Shown: in pieces, positions 38,540 through 51,147 of the stretch
Position numbering within the stretch: position 1 is the first letter of the stretch
Layout: every line of letters starts with the position of its first letter
Assembly: GCF_006345805.1 (NCBI RefSeq)
Contig: NC_043021.1
Span: 6,138,001 to 6,202,000 of the forward strand
Source of the DNA: Octopus sinensis
Taxonomy: Eukaryota
Direction: 5' to 3'
DNA length: 64,000 nucleotides
The notes under the pieces: generated by a model
Database searches by the model: none
What the model saw: the letters and a program-made list of their open reading frames with translations, nothing else
What the model was told of the DNA's origin: nothing
Made by a program: the position numbers and the translations under genes

Positions 38540-38874
38540 TCCGCCGAGGTTGACTTTGCCTTTCATCCTTTCGGGGTCGATAAATTAAGTACCAGTTACC
38601 CACTGGGGTCGATGTAATCGACTTAATCCCTTTGTCCTTGTTTGTCCCCTCTGTGTTTGGCCCCTTGTGGGTTGTAAAGAAATATATATAGATATTTTTT
38701 TTTCTTTATTGCCCACAGGGGAGCTAAACATAGAGGGGACAAACAAGGACAGACAAAGGGATTAAGTCGATTACATCGACCTCAGTGCATAACTGGTACT
38801 TTACCTTTCAGCCCGAAAGGATGAAAGGCAAAGTCGACCTCGGCGGAATTCGAACTAAGAACGGCAGACGAAAT
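38540..38874. mobile_element. Tail-to-tail pair of truncated SINE A copies
   Basis: Plus copy 38540-38683 and minus copy 38699-38874, ~15-bp spacer. Confidence 0.8.
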
Positions 38875-38955
38875 ATATATATATTCAAATTAAATTAGAG
38901 ATAAAACCACTATTAGGCAACCTCAAACAGTGATAGACATAATATAATCCCTAAT

Positions 38956-39018
<63 letters not shown>

Positions 39019-39415
39019 AATAAGGGATATTGTAGTGCTTATCCAAAACCATCTAGTAGAACCAAAAAATTCGTCCCATATGACAAACATCGAATGCCCA
39101 TAATTACTAATGTATATTTACTTCCCGTTGAGTTTGTTTATATTAGAATACACACACACACAGAGACATACATAAATGTGATTATATATATATAATATAG
39201 CGTTTTGGAAATTCCTTGATACGGTTGTATTTGGAGAGAATATATTTTTTTCTCAAAGAGAAAAAAACCACCCACATTTTGTGAAATCTCTTTCCAAAGG
39301 GTAGTGCCTTTCGACTTTCTAAAAAGGTTCTTTTCTCATCTTAACTATTTGAGAAACAAAAATCCTCTCTCCAAATATACATACATACATACATACATAC
39401 ATAATATATATATAT

Positions 39416-39456
<41 letters not shown>

Positions 39457-39563
39457 GAGGGTAAGATATATATATATATATATTATATATTAATATATAT
39501 ATAGATAGATAGATAGATATAGATATGGCGAAGGTAAGATATATATATATCTTACCTCGCTAC

Positions 39564-39594
<31 letters not shown>

Positions 39595-39606
39595 GCGAAG
39601 GTAAGA

Positions 39607-39656
<50 letters not shown>

Positions 39657-40539
39657 CAGCGAAGGTAATATATATATAAGATAGATAGATAGATAGATAG
39701 AATGGCGAAGGTAATATATATATATATTCTTTAATAGCAATATTGACAGTGACTTCGAAGTTTTGGCCAGCTAAGCTATCATCAGACTTTGAACTTGTGT
39801 GTGTACACCCGTGCGTTTTTCCTTTCAGAAATTGAATATATTCATGGTTTTGAAATCAATAAATAATATTATTTTAAAATTATTTCGAAATATTCATGAA
39901 TAAATTAGAAAGCAGAAAGTTTTAACTTACAAGGGAGGAGAGGCGGTTTGATCGGTAGGAATTCAGGCGTGTATACGTTTAATATACATTGTAATGTAAA
40001 GAGAGGAATGTCTGTTGTCACTATGGTGAGTAACAGAGCGAAATGTGAGATGGTTGTTTATATCTTTCTATATATCTCTCTCTGCTCAATTAGTTTCCTC
40101 TGTCTCTCTCTTCATGGCAACATCATTATTTAACACACCCCGTTTTGCATAACTGGCAAAAAAAAGTTGGGACGGTTGTGTGCCCCCGTACACGTTCACA
40201 GAGATAGAAGTTGAGAGGGTGGAAAGGGCAAGAAAGTGCTAATCGCTCTTTCGGTCGTTCTGGTGATTAATTAATTTAATCGGCCTAATCTCTCTCTCTC
40301 TCTATCTTTATCTCTCTCTCTCTCTCGCTTGCTCCTATATATATAAATGTACGTGAGAAGAGGGGTGAAGTGACATGGTTTTCTTTTCTTTCGTTTTATT
40401 CTCCGAATTGACTAAGTTTGCTTTCTCTTTTACTCTCACGAAATAGGACTATATAAATAACTGGGTGTGCTGTGTGAATCTTTATAGCTATACCTATGTG
40501 CCTGTCTCTCTATCGCTTTCCCCCTCTCTTTCCTTCCTT

Positions 40540-40578
<39 letters not shown>

Positions 40579-40614
40579 ATCTATCAATTAATCAATCAAT
40601 CAATCAATCAATCA

Positions 40615-40667
<53 letters not shown>

Positions 40668-40827
40668 CACACACACAAACACATCTATACATATGTAAGC
40701 ATGCAAGGAGTTAGAGCTTAAACACGCCCTTGTGTGTGTGTGTTTGTGTGTATGTATACATGTATATAAATAAAAATGAGCGCGAGTATATATAAGTATA
40801 TATATGTGTATATTTGTGTAAGCATAT

Positions 40828-40898
<71 letters not shown>

Positions 40899-41701
40899 AA
40901 GAGATAGATAGATAGATAGATAGATAGACAAATAGACAGACAGATAGATAGATGCAGGTATGGCAGTGCAGTAAGAAGTTTGCTTCCCAACCACATGTTA
41001 CGGCTGAGTACCCTGTGTGGCACCGTCTCCTATAGCCTTGGGCCGACGAAAGCCTTGGAAACTGAAAGAAGCCCATAATATATGTGTGTGTGTGTTTGTG
41101 TTTGTCCCTCACCACCCCTTGACAACCAGTGTTGTGTTTATATCCCTGTTACTTAGCGGTTTAGTAAACAACACCGATAAATTAAGTACCGGGCTTCAAA
41201 AAATATGAGTAGAGGCGTCGATTGATTCGACTAAATCTTCGAGGTGGTGCCCCAGCATGGGTGCGGTGTCTTATGACAAATAAAAGTATATATATGTGTG
41301 TGTGTATGTGAAATATAACCTGTCTTGAATGGCACAAACAATGCACAGTGCTTCAAGCGAACTACAATACTCTTCTCTCTCTCTCTCTTTTTGTATACAT
41401 CTCCTTCTTCCCTTCTTTCCTGAGCGTCCAATAATACTTTATTTGTTCCACGTCCTTGCGTTGTTGTTTTTTTGTTTTTGTTTTCTTGTTTGGATTAACT
41501 TTATATATATATATATATATAATATATATATATGAAATAGAAAAAAAACCCACCTTTTATCAATTCAATAATGAAAAATTAAATTACACCATCTAGAAAA
41601 TACATATTATAGAAAGATTAAATATAAAGAAAATTACATACTATATATATAAATTTTTCCCTGAAAGTTTGGTATTAGATTCCCTCATATTATTATTATT
41701 A

Positions 41702-41782
<81 letters not shown>

Positions 41783-41785
<3 letters not shown>

Positions 41786-42150
41786 AATCAAAACAAATCA
41801 AAATAGATGAACATCAATGGAATTTGTATCTTTGTGGTACCAGTGCCTGTGGCACACAAGAAAACCATCCAAGCGTGGCCGTCTGCCAGCCTCGCCTGGC
41901 ACCTGTGTCGGTGGCACATAAAAAACACCATCCGAGCGTGGCCGTTCGCCAGCCTCGTCTGGCACCTGTGTCGGTGGCACATAAAATCACCCACTACACT
42001 CTCGGAGTGGTTGGCGTTAGAAAGGGCATCCAGCTGTAGAAACACTGCCAGATCTGACTGGCCTGGTGCAGCCTTCGGGCTCCCCAGACCCCTGTTGAAC
42101 CGTCCAACCCATGCTAGCATGGAAAGCGGACGTTAAATGATGATGATGAT
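41783..42150 (+). mobile_element. Family C copy
   Basis: Internal repeat units; ends gacgttaaatgatgatgatgat. Confidence 0.75.
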
Positions 42151-42355
42151 ATATATATAATGGAGAAATTATACAAAATGTATATGTAGATATTGAGTAA
42201 AGCACGGGTACAGTTTTGATTACCTGTTGTTATCCGTAGATTTATTGCAGGAATTTTATAGTGGCAGTTGTAACAGTATTAATAAAATAGATGGAATAAA
42301 ATCTTTTATTCCATCTATTTTATTAATACTATATATAATATATATATATATATAT

Positions 42356-42584
42356 TTGTTTATTGCCCACAAGGGGCTAAATATAGAGGGGGACAAACAA
42401 GGACAGACAAAGGGATTAAGTCGATTACATCGACCCCAGTGCGTAACTGGTACTTTATTTATCGACCCTGAAAGGATGAAAGGCAAAGTCGACCTTGACG
42501 GAATTTGAACTCAGAACGTAACGGCAGACGAAATACGGCTATGAATTTCGCCCGGCGTGCTAACGTTTCTGCCAGCTCGCCACC

Positions 42585-42586
<2 letters not shown>
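42356..42586 (-). mobile_element. SINE family A
   Basis: Full match. Confidence 0.85.
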
Positions 42587-42616
<30 letters not shown>

Positions 42617-42620
<4 letters not shown>

Positions 42621-42995
42621 GCATCAGTTGTGGTGTGCAAGAGAGACGTTTGCGTTGGTATGGTCATGTGACGAGAATGGATGAAGATAGTTGTGTGAAA
42701 AAGTGCCACACCCTAGCAGTTGAGGGAACCTGTGGAAGAGGTAAACCCAGGAAAACCTGGGACGAGGTGGTGAAGCACGGCTTTCGAACTTTAGGTCTCA
42801 CCTGAGACCGAGACCTATGGAAGTATGCTGTGCGTGAGAAGACCCAGCAGGACAAGTGAGACCATAACCCATGGCTTCTACTTGGGATGTAGCCAGTCCA
42901 CTTATGCATACCTTTCCTTCTTGGGACACAAAACTCTACTTGTGAAGACCTGTTGAGGCAAGTGAGAATCAGAATCAAAATCGAAATCGATCAAC
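42617..42995 (+). mobile_element. RTE LINE ORF2 3' end and proximal UTR
   Basis: SISCGVQERRLRWYGHVTRMDEDSCVKKCHTLAVEGTCGRGKPRKTWDEVVK. Confidence 0.85.
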
Positions 42996-43269
42996 ATCTT
43001 TTGCCAGAACTGCTAAGTTCACAGAGCAATAGTAGAAGGTACTTGCCCAAGATGCCATACAGTGGGACTGAACCAGAAACCTTGTAGTTGCAAAGCAATC
43101 TTCTAACCACATCCATATATAGTTGTGCAATAAGTCTTTATATATCAAAAAGTAAAAAAAATCTACAACTATATATTAGGCAATAAATTGGATATATTAG
43201 ACTGTACAATAGATTTAATCTCATAGAAGTGAATTCGTTTTACTAATTAGTTCCGTTTTAAAGAAGCTT

Positions 43270-43710
43270 CTGTGTGTGTAATGGTATCTCTTTCTCTTTC
43301 TCTTTTACTTGTTTCAGTCATTTGACTCAGGCCATGCTGGAGCACCACCTTTAGTCAAGCAAATCAACCCCAGGACTTATTCTTTGTAAGCCCAGTACTT
43401 ATTCTATCGGTCTCTTTTGCCGAACCGCTAAGTGACAGGGACGTAAACACACCAGCATCGGTTGTCAAGCAATGCTAGAGGGTCAAACACAGACACACAA
43501 ACACACACACACATAAATATATATATATATATATATACATATATACGACAGGCTTCTTTCAGTTTCCGTCCACCAAATCCACTCACAAGGCATTGGTCGG
43601 CCCGGGGCTATAGCAGAAGACACTTGCCCAAGATGCCACGCAGTGGAACTGAACCTGGAACCATGTGGTTGGTTAGCAAGCTACTTACCACACAGCCACT
43701 CCTGCGCCTA
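43270..43710 (-). mobile_element. SINE family B
   Basis: Full match. Confidence 0.85.
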
Positions 43711-43815
43711 TGTTAACAATCATCATACATGGTTGAATGGAAGTGTATAAATAGATGAAACACAATTTATATTTCGTCAGACTAACAATTATGGATTAAA
43801 TATTTTAAATATATA

Positions 43816-45087
43816 CAGGGTGTGTAAGGTATTTGAGGATATACCATTTTTGGGTCATTGCTGCATTTTTTGCTAACTCTGTATAATCTTTGTTTCAGAA
43901 AATAATAATGGTAGACTCTCATCTTACTCAAGAAATGAAGAGGCATGCTGTTATTGTGGTTATAAAGGCTGAGCATAGCGATTTAGAAATATCTTGATTT
44001 TTAAAAGCTGCCAGATCTTTCGTCTACAAAGTTTGTAAGGGGCTGGAGATGAAAGATGGAAATGTATCATCAGTATCAAAGCATAAAAAGCATTCTAAAT
44101 GCTCTGAAACACCTGAATTTATCCAGCAAGTTCAATAAACCATTGATTATAATCCCAGAAAGTCCATGAGGTCAATTGCAAAAGATCTCCATGTGTCAGA
44201 AGGAACAGTCAGAAATGTTGTCCACAAAGATATCAGATATAAGTCTTATATGATGAGGGAAGGTCAATTAGTCAGAAAAAGCAAAATAAAATCACTACAT
44301 TAGATCTAAAAAGGCTCTTAAACAAACTGAAAAATCCAACAGAAGAAGATTTGATTTGGTTTTTCTCAAACAAGAAAAACTTTGACCAAGATCAAAAAGT
44401 TAACCGAAGAAATGACAGATGGTTATGTGCAGACCCTTCTGAAGTTCCAATTGTTATGCATACAAAATTTCCTGCAAATCTCATGGTTTTAGGGGCTGTC
44501 AGCTATGAAGGATGTGTGATGCCTGCCACCTACATTGAGGTCCTGGAAGTAATTGTTAAGCCCTGGATAGACAGTGTATGCAATGGAAGATCATATGTGT
44601 TTCAGTAAGACTCTGCACTATCACAGCCTATCTATCTCTCTCGCTTGCTCCTATATATATATGTGTGTACGTGAGAAGAGGGGTGAAGTGACATGGTTTT
44701 CTTTCGTTTTATTCTCCGAATTAACTAAATTAGCTTTCTCTTTTACTCTCACGGAATAGGACTATATAAATAACTGGGTGTGCTGTGTGAATCTTTATAG
44801 CTATACCTATGTGTCTGTCTCTCTATCGCTTTCCCCCTCTCTTTCCTTCCTTCCTTCTTCTCTCTCTGTCTATCAATCAATCAATCAATCACTCAGTATG
44901 GCATGTAGATGATTTAGATCTCATATGGAAGCAGTTGTTGAAGCAGAAGGTGGCTTTATTGAATAACATTATAGAAAAGAAGGTTTATTTTTATCCTCAT
45001 AGCATTTCTTGATAAATAGTTATCTGTTATTACATATCTGTTTTTTTTATAAACTTAAATCTGTCCTCAAGTGTCTTACACACTCTG
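43816..45087 (+). mobile_element. Tc1/mariner-superfamily transposon (maT/DD37D-like), both TIRs present, defective
   Basis: TA|CAGGGTGTGTAAGG...CTTACACACTCTG|TA; MVDSHLTQEMKRHAV...PRKSMRSIAKDL...FFSNKKNFDQDQKVNRRNDRW...YVFQ*DSA...EAVVEAEGGFIE*. Confidence 0.85.
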
Positions 45088-45814
45088 TATAATGCATAAA
45101 CAGAACCTAAAATATTGCTTTAAGATTCATGGTGTGTTTTATAAATATGCCTCTTCAAGTATCATAATAGCATGAAACCATTAGTAGCTCTTTCAGCTGT
45201 GTATTTAATCTGATATACACACACACAACACACATATACACACACATGTGTGTGTGTTTGTGTATGTATGAGTATGTATGCATGCAGCTAAGAAGCTTAC
45301 TTCGCACCATCACTGCTATCTTTCTTCTTTATCTTCATCTTTACAATTGTCACTACTTACTCTTATAGTGTGAGGTAGTTGTGTGTCCCCCCCCCCATCA
45401 TACCTTAGCTCCTTAGCACCTGGCATAAAATCACCTCCTTTCTAAGAACTTAGCCATGTGAACTTTTCTCTTTCCTCATATTCTCTGCCTTCCAACTCAC
45501 TTGGCAATCTCACTGGTGCCTGTGGTGGGGAAAAAAAAAATGCACTCAGCATGCATTGTCTGGTTGCTGGCATTAGGAAGGGCATATAGCCATACAAAAC
45601 ATGCCAATGTTGACACTGAAGCTAAACGCAGCCTTGCTGCATGCCAGATCCTGTCAAACTGTCCAACTCACGCCAGCATGGAAAACAGACATTAAATGAT
45701 GATGACAACGATGATGGTGATGGTGGTGGTGATAATGATGATGATGATGATGTGTATCTTTGGTGTCATGGGTCTATCCCTGTCCTCATTGCTAGGCCAC
45801 CAGTATAGGTTTGT

Positions 45815-46033
45815 AAAGGTGGCGAGCTGGTAGAATCATTAGCATGCTGGGCGAAATGCTTAGCAGTATTTCGTCTGCGGTTACGTTCTGAGTTCAAATT
45901 CCACCAAGGTCGACTTTGCCTTTCATCCTTTCGGGGTTGAATAAATAAGTACCAGTTACGCACTGGAGTCAATATAATTGACTTAATCCGTTTGTCCCCT
46001 CTGTATTTAGCCCCTTGTGGGTAGTAAAGAAAT
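45815..46033 (+). mobile_element. SINE family A
   Basis: TSD agtataggtttgt at 45802-45814 and 46034-46046. Confidence 0.85.
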
Positions 46034-46952
46034 AGTATAGGTTTGTTTATGTCCCCATAATTTAGCCGTTCAGCAAAAGAGAATATTGGTTTCAAATTTT
46101 GGCACAAGGCCAGCAACTTCAGGGGAGGAGGTAAGTCAATTATATCAACCCCAGTACTTGAATGGTACTTATTTTATCGATCCTGAAAGGATGAAAGGCA
46201 AAGTTGACCTTGTTGGGATTTGAACTCAGAATGTAAAGACAGATAAAATGCCACTAAGCATTTTTGTCCAAGCGTGCTAATGATTCCACCAGGATGCTGC
46301 CTTAGACTTAATAAATATTGGGGTTCACTTGTTTGACTTAAAACCCTTCAAGGTGCCACTCATGTAGGATTGACTTGGGAGATAAACAACAATGGTCGGG
46401 CATGGCTGTGTGGTTAGGGAGCTTGCTTCCTAGCTACATGGTTTCGGGTTCAGTCCCACTGCGTGGCACTTTGGGTAGGTGTCTTCTGCTATAGCCCCGA
46501 GCCGACCGAAGCTTTGTGATTGAATTCAGTAGGCGGAAGTTACTGCCGTGTGTGTATATGTGTGTGTAGGTGCTTGTGCCTCTCCGAAAGAGAGAGAGGG
46601 GTCTTTGCTGTTTTGGGGAATAATTGATGTAAGGATTGCATCATAATGCCCTCGACTTTCCTAACACTTCAACTGTGAGCTACACCACCACCACCACCAC
46701 CACCACCACCATACCATCATCACCACCACAACAACAACAAACCTTTGTTAATTAGTATGTTAAAGCTTGAAATTCACTGTGACTAACAAAAACAAATGCT
46801 TATTGACTCTAACGTACAAGAAAACAAAGGAACATAGCAGTTGTATTGTAATTAGCAATTGAAATTAAATTATATAATAAGTCATGCCATAACTTCAAAC
46901 AAAAGACGGGTTGTTTTGTAATCTTATTTTCTGGAAGTCCTGTTCTCAGTTT

Positions 46953-46954
<2 letters not shown>

Positions 46955-46999
<45 letters not shown>

Positions 47000-47219
47000 A
47001 TGTATGTATGTTTGTGTGTATGTATGTATGTATGATGTATGTATGTGTGTGTGTGTATGTATGTATGTATGTATGTATTTATTTGTGTGTGTGTGTGTAT
47101 GTATGTATGGATGTATGTATGTATGTATGTATGTATGTATGTGTGTATGTATGTATGTATGTATGTATTCATGTATGTATGTGTGTGTGTGTATGTATGT
47201 ATGTATGTATGTATGTATT

Positions 47220-47252
<33 letters not shown>

Positions 47253-47290
47253 TTGTATGTATATATGTATGTATGTATGTATAGCTTGTG
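46955..47290. repeat. (TG)n/(TATG)n microsatellite
   Basis: Direct reading. Confidence 0.9.
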
Positions 47291-47443
47291 TATATAGATA
47301 ATATCGGAGATGTACTCGCATAGCAAGTGATTTGATCTGAGATCGTGTGCTGGAACGAAAACAATTGCAGCGTGGAAGGTGTTTATAAGCCATTTAAGAA
47401 AACACACAAAAGCCGTTCGATTCACTTCAACATTTAAGCTTAA

Positions 47444-47494
47444 TTTGTCAAAATATTTTCGTTGCTTTAAGACCGCGACTTGTTCACTGACAAA
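47444..47494 (-). ncRNA. Minimal type I hammerhead ribozyme motif (G3-C8 variant) in a Penelope-like repeat
   Basis: rc TTTGTCA-GTGAACA-A-GTCGC(ggtcttaaa)GCAAC-GAA-AATATT-T-TGACAAA: 7-bp stem I, stem II with one mismatch, palindromic mini stem III. Confidence 0.6.
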
Positions 47495-47752
47495 AATCCT
47501 TTTGACAAATTAAACTTAAATGTTGAAGTGAATCGAACAGCTTTTGTGTGTTTCTTAAATGACCTGTAAACACCTTCCACGCATAGATAATATCATTTCC
47601 ACTCCAATTCTTCCATCTAAAACTTTCTCTGAGCATCAATCTGATATATTCACAATGTATATCTAATTGAATTCTGTTGTTTTTCCTGTTTTGGTTTTTG
47701 ATTTCTCCCCCACCTACGCATGTATCTATGTATGTGTGTGTGTATTTATATA

Positions 47753-48670
47753 TTGGCTCATTCCGTAAATAATGCGATTTTTTAATACTTCTTTTGTGTT
47801 TCAAAATTAATATAAACAAAGTTATCTTTTAATCTAAAATATACTCTCCTTTCATTTCCTACGATGCTCTTCTATCTATCTGGTAGACTTGCAAGGGCCC
47901 ACTTCTAAAATTCACTTGTCTGTGATGGAAAATACTCCTCCAGTACTGTTCTCACCTCGTTTACAGAATTCATATTTTATTCATCCAAATGATTTTGAAG
48001 ACTGTGGAATAAATGATAATCCCATGGGGCAATGTCTGGTGAATATGGTGGGTGGGGCATCGTTTCCCATTCAAACTGCTCCAGCTTTTGGAATGTCATC
48101 CTCACGGTATGTGGCTGAGCATTATCCTGATGGAAGAACACCTTTCGCCTTGAAACCAAAGATCATTTTCCTTCTAGCACTGACTTAAGCTACTCAAGCT
48201 GCTCACAGTAGATCTCCTTTGTTATCGTTTGGTTTGGGTTTAAAAGTTCAAAATGGACGAAACCTTTCATATTGCACCAAACAGATAACAACACCTTATA
48301 TGGGCGAAGACCTTTTTCAGCCTGGGGTGCCAGTGTTTCTCCTTTCCCTTACCCACTATCTTTGGTACTTGATATTCTTATAGAGAACCCATTTCTAGTC
48401 ATCAATCACTATTTGGTTAAAAAAAGGGTCATTCGTGAGACGTGACACCAAAGAAGAGCACACATTCACTCATGTGTGCATGAATTTTTGAGGAACCCAT
48501 TGATCCAATTTGCTGACTTTTCCGATGGAACACAGGAGTCAATGAATGGTTGAATGACCAAATCCAAGCTTCTCTGCTAAATCCTCAACAGTTATGATTG
48601 GATTTTTGTATTGGTCTTAAAAGACAGTTTATAGTTATAGAATTAAAGGTATTGCTGCTTCAGAGTAATC
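47753..48670 (-). mobile_element. Mariner transposase pseudogene (central and C-terminal part) with one TIR
   Basis: EDLAEKLGFGHSTIH...QWVPQK...KWVLYKN...HQDNAQPH...HPPYSPDIAPWDYHLFHSLQNHL; TA|TTGGCTCATTCCGTAAATAATGCG end. Confidence 0.85.
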
Positions 48671-48708
48671 TTTATTTCTAATATTGTCAATATATATATG
48701 TGTGTGTA

Positions 48709-48741
<33 letters not shown>

Positions 48742-48859
48742 GTATGTATGTATGTAGGTAGGTATGTATGTATGGATGGATGGATGGATGGATGCTCTGT
48801 GAATACTGTAAAAGCTGTCAGACATAACATGGATAGCTGTAATGGAGACTTTGAAATTG

Positions 48860-49262
48860 GCAGGAGTGGTTGTGTGGTAAGTAGCTTGCTTACCAACCAC
48901 ATGGTTCCAGGTTCAGTCCTACTGCATAGCACCTTGGACAAGCGTCTTCTACTATTGCCTCAGACTGACCAAAGCCTTGTGAGAGGATTTTGTAGGCAGA
49001 AACTGAAAGAAGCCTCTGTTGTGTGTGTGTGTGTTCATGTCTGTGTTTGACCCCACCACTGCTTGACAACCAGTGTTGGTGTGTTTACATCCCCATAACT
49101 TAGCAAATTTGGCAAAAGAGACTGACAGAATAAGTATCAGGCATAACAAAAGAAATATATATATATACTAGGGTCGATTCGTCTGACTAAAAAAATTCTT
49201 CAAGGCATTGCTCCAGTATGGCCACAGTCAAATGGCTGAAAGCAGTAAAAGATAAAAGATAT
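48860..49262 (+). mobile_element. SINE family B (older)
   Basis: Diverged match. Confidence 0.8.
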
Positions 49263-50705
49263 CTCTCGATTTACATTTGAAATCCCATTGATATATGCCT
49301 TACCACTTTCATGGATTGGTTCTTATCCACTGTGATTAAAAGGATCAGTCAGTGCAACATGAGGTGGTATATGTTTTGTGAACGTACCTGACATGCTCAG
49401 CATATAGAGAATTCAAAATATTCCCATTGATGCAGGTTAGCTGCTATTCTGCCACAATCTGGCTTCAGCCTGTATGTATGTGTCCACTGATTTCTTGTTA
49501 GATGATAGAAACCAGACATTAATTCGATGAAGTCCCCAACTACATCCCATCGCTGGGAGAATGCTCTCTCCATTTGTGTCTTTGGGTATTCTTAATGTTG
49601 AAATTTTTTTTCTATTTCTGATATAAAATTATGGCTACTGTCAGTTATGTTCTTGACCAGTAGTAGTCTATAGCATATAAGAAACTTGCTCTAGCAGTCT
49701 GTTTTTGCTGCTCGTTTCCTCATTGGTCACAGAAGCCACCAAAAGCAACGTCATAACATGATACAAACTTTAAAACCTCTAAATAAATCAAAAGGAACAG
49801 CAAATGTTACATTCTGATTGCGCCTTTTTTTTTTTTTTATCTCAGAAGGTTGGATAACAAAGTTAACATCAATGAAATTTGAACTCAGAATATAAAGGGA
49901 CTTAACTAAACACCGTAACAACCACATCAATAAACACTAGTCTCTGTCCCGCACCACAAGCCAAACAACGAAACAAAACATTTACTCACCTTCCATGCGA
50001 ATGGATTCTTTGAATTGATTTACAACTAGGGAATTATTTGAGTTATTGCTATTGTTGCAATAGCAGTTGTAGTAGTTGTTCTTGGTTGTTGTTTGGTTGT
50101 AGGTTAGCCCCAATCCAGTGCTATCACAGACATTCAAGTTCTAATACCCTCATCATATGGCAGTGCATGTCTAGGATGACATTATTCAGTGTGGTCTTCT
50201 CATCTCAATGTGGTAGATGTGTGATCAGAGGGTAAATTTGATTGCAATTTCTAGTATAAATACTATTTAATTGAATTGTGTAAAGCCATATATCTCCTTA
50301 TGCCAGCTGTGAACTCACCAACAAACAAGCATCTCACTTGCTCATCTTCTCATTAAACAGATGGTTCACTCATCAAAGTAATCAATAAATAGAAACTTTT
50401 TGTTGTAATTTTAAAAGCATACAACTTCCGCTTGATAGTGTCACATTAACATATGGCAAAATATTGTAGTTTTGACACACATTCAGACATACATATTTAG
50501 ATCCATAATAGGCATATCAAGGAAAATTCAATAATTAAGATATGAAATATATTCATGTACAGGCACCCATATAATCACAGATACAGCATAACCATATGAA
50601 GCACATGCACACATACACACAGATATATCACAGAGACACATAGCAGATCAATATTTACAATTTAAGACACATCATAAGTACTTCCAGGAAGATCAACATA
50701 CACAT

Positions 50706-51147
50706 GTGACATACACACTTAGATACATCACGAATATGTTATCATAAATCAACAAATACATGTAACACATCTTCTGTAAATCTGACAGAAAATACAACGG
50801 CTTGGCTGAACTCTCTGAAAAATCAATGGATTTTAGGCAATATGAATATGCCTTCTTGTAGAGACAGGTTTTAGAAGATTTAGTTCAACTAGGGTTCAGT
50901 CAATGCTCAGAAGACTTGAACTAGATGTGACATACACACTTAGATACATCACGAATATGTTATCATAAATCAACAAATGCATGAACACATCTTTTGTAAA
51001 TCTGACGGAAAATACAACGGCTTGGCTGAACTCTCTGTAAAAACAATGGATTTGAGGCAATATGAATATGCCTTCTTGTAGAGACAGGTTTTAGAGGATT
51101 TAGTGGAACTAGGGTTCGGTCGATGCTCAGAAGTCTTGAACTAGATG
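50706..51147. repeat. Tandem duplication, ~220-bp unit x2, moderately diverged
   Basis: gtgacatacacacttagatacatcacg...cttgaactagat occurs twice. Confidence 0.85.
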
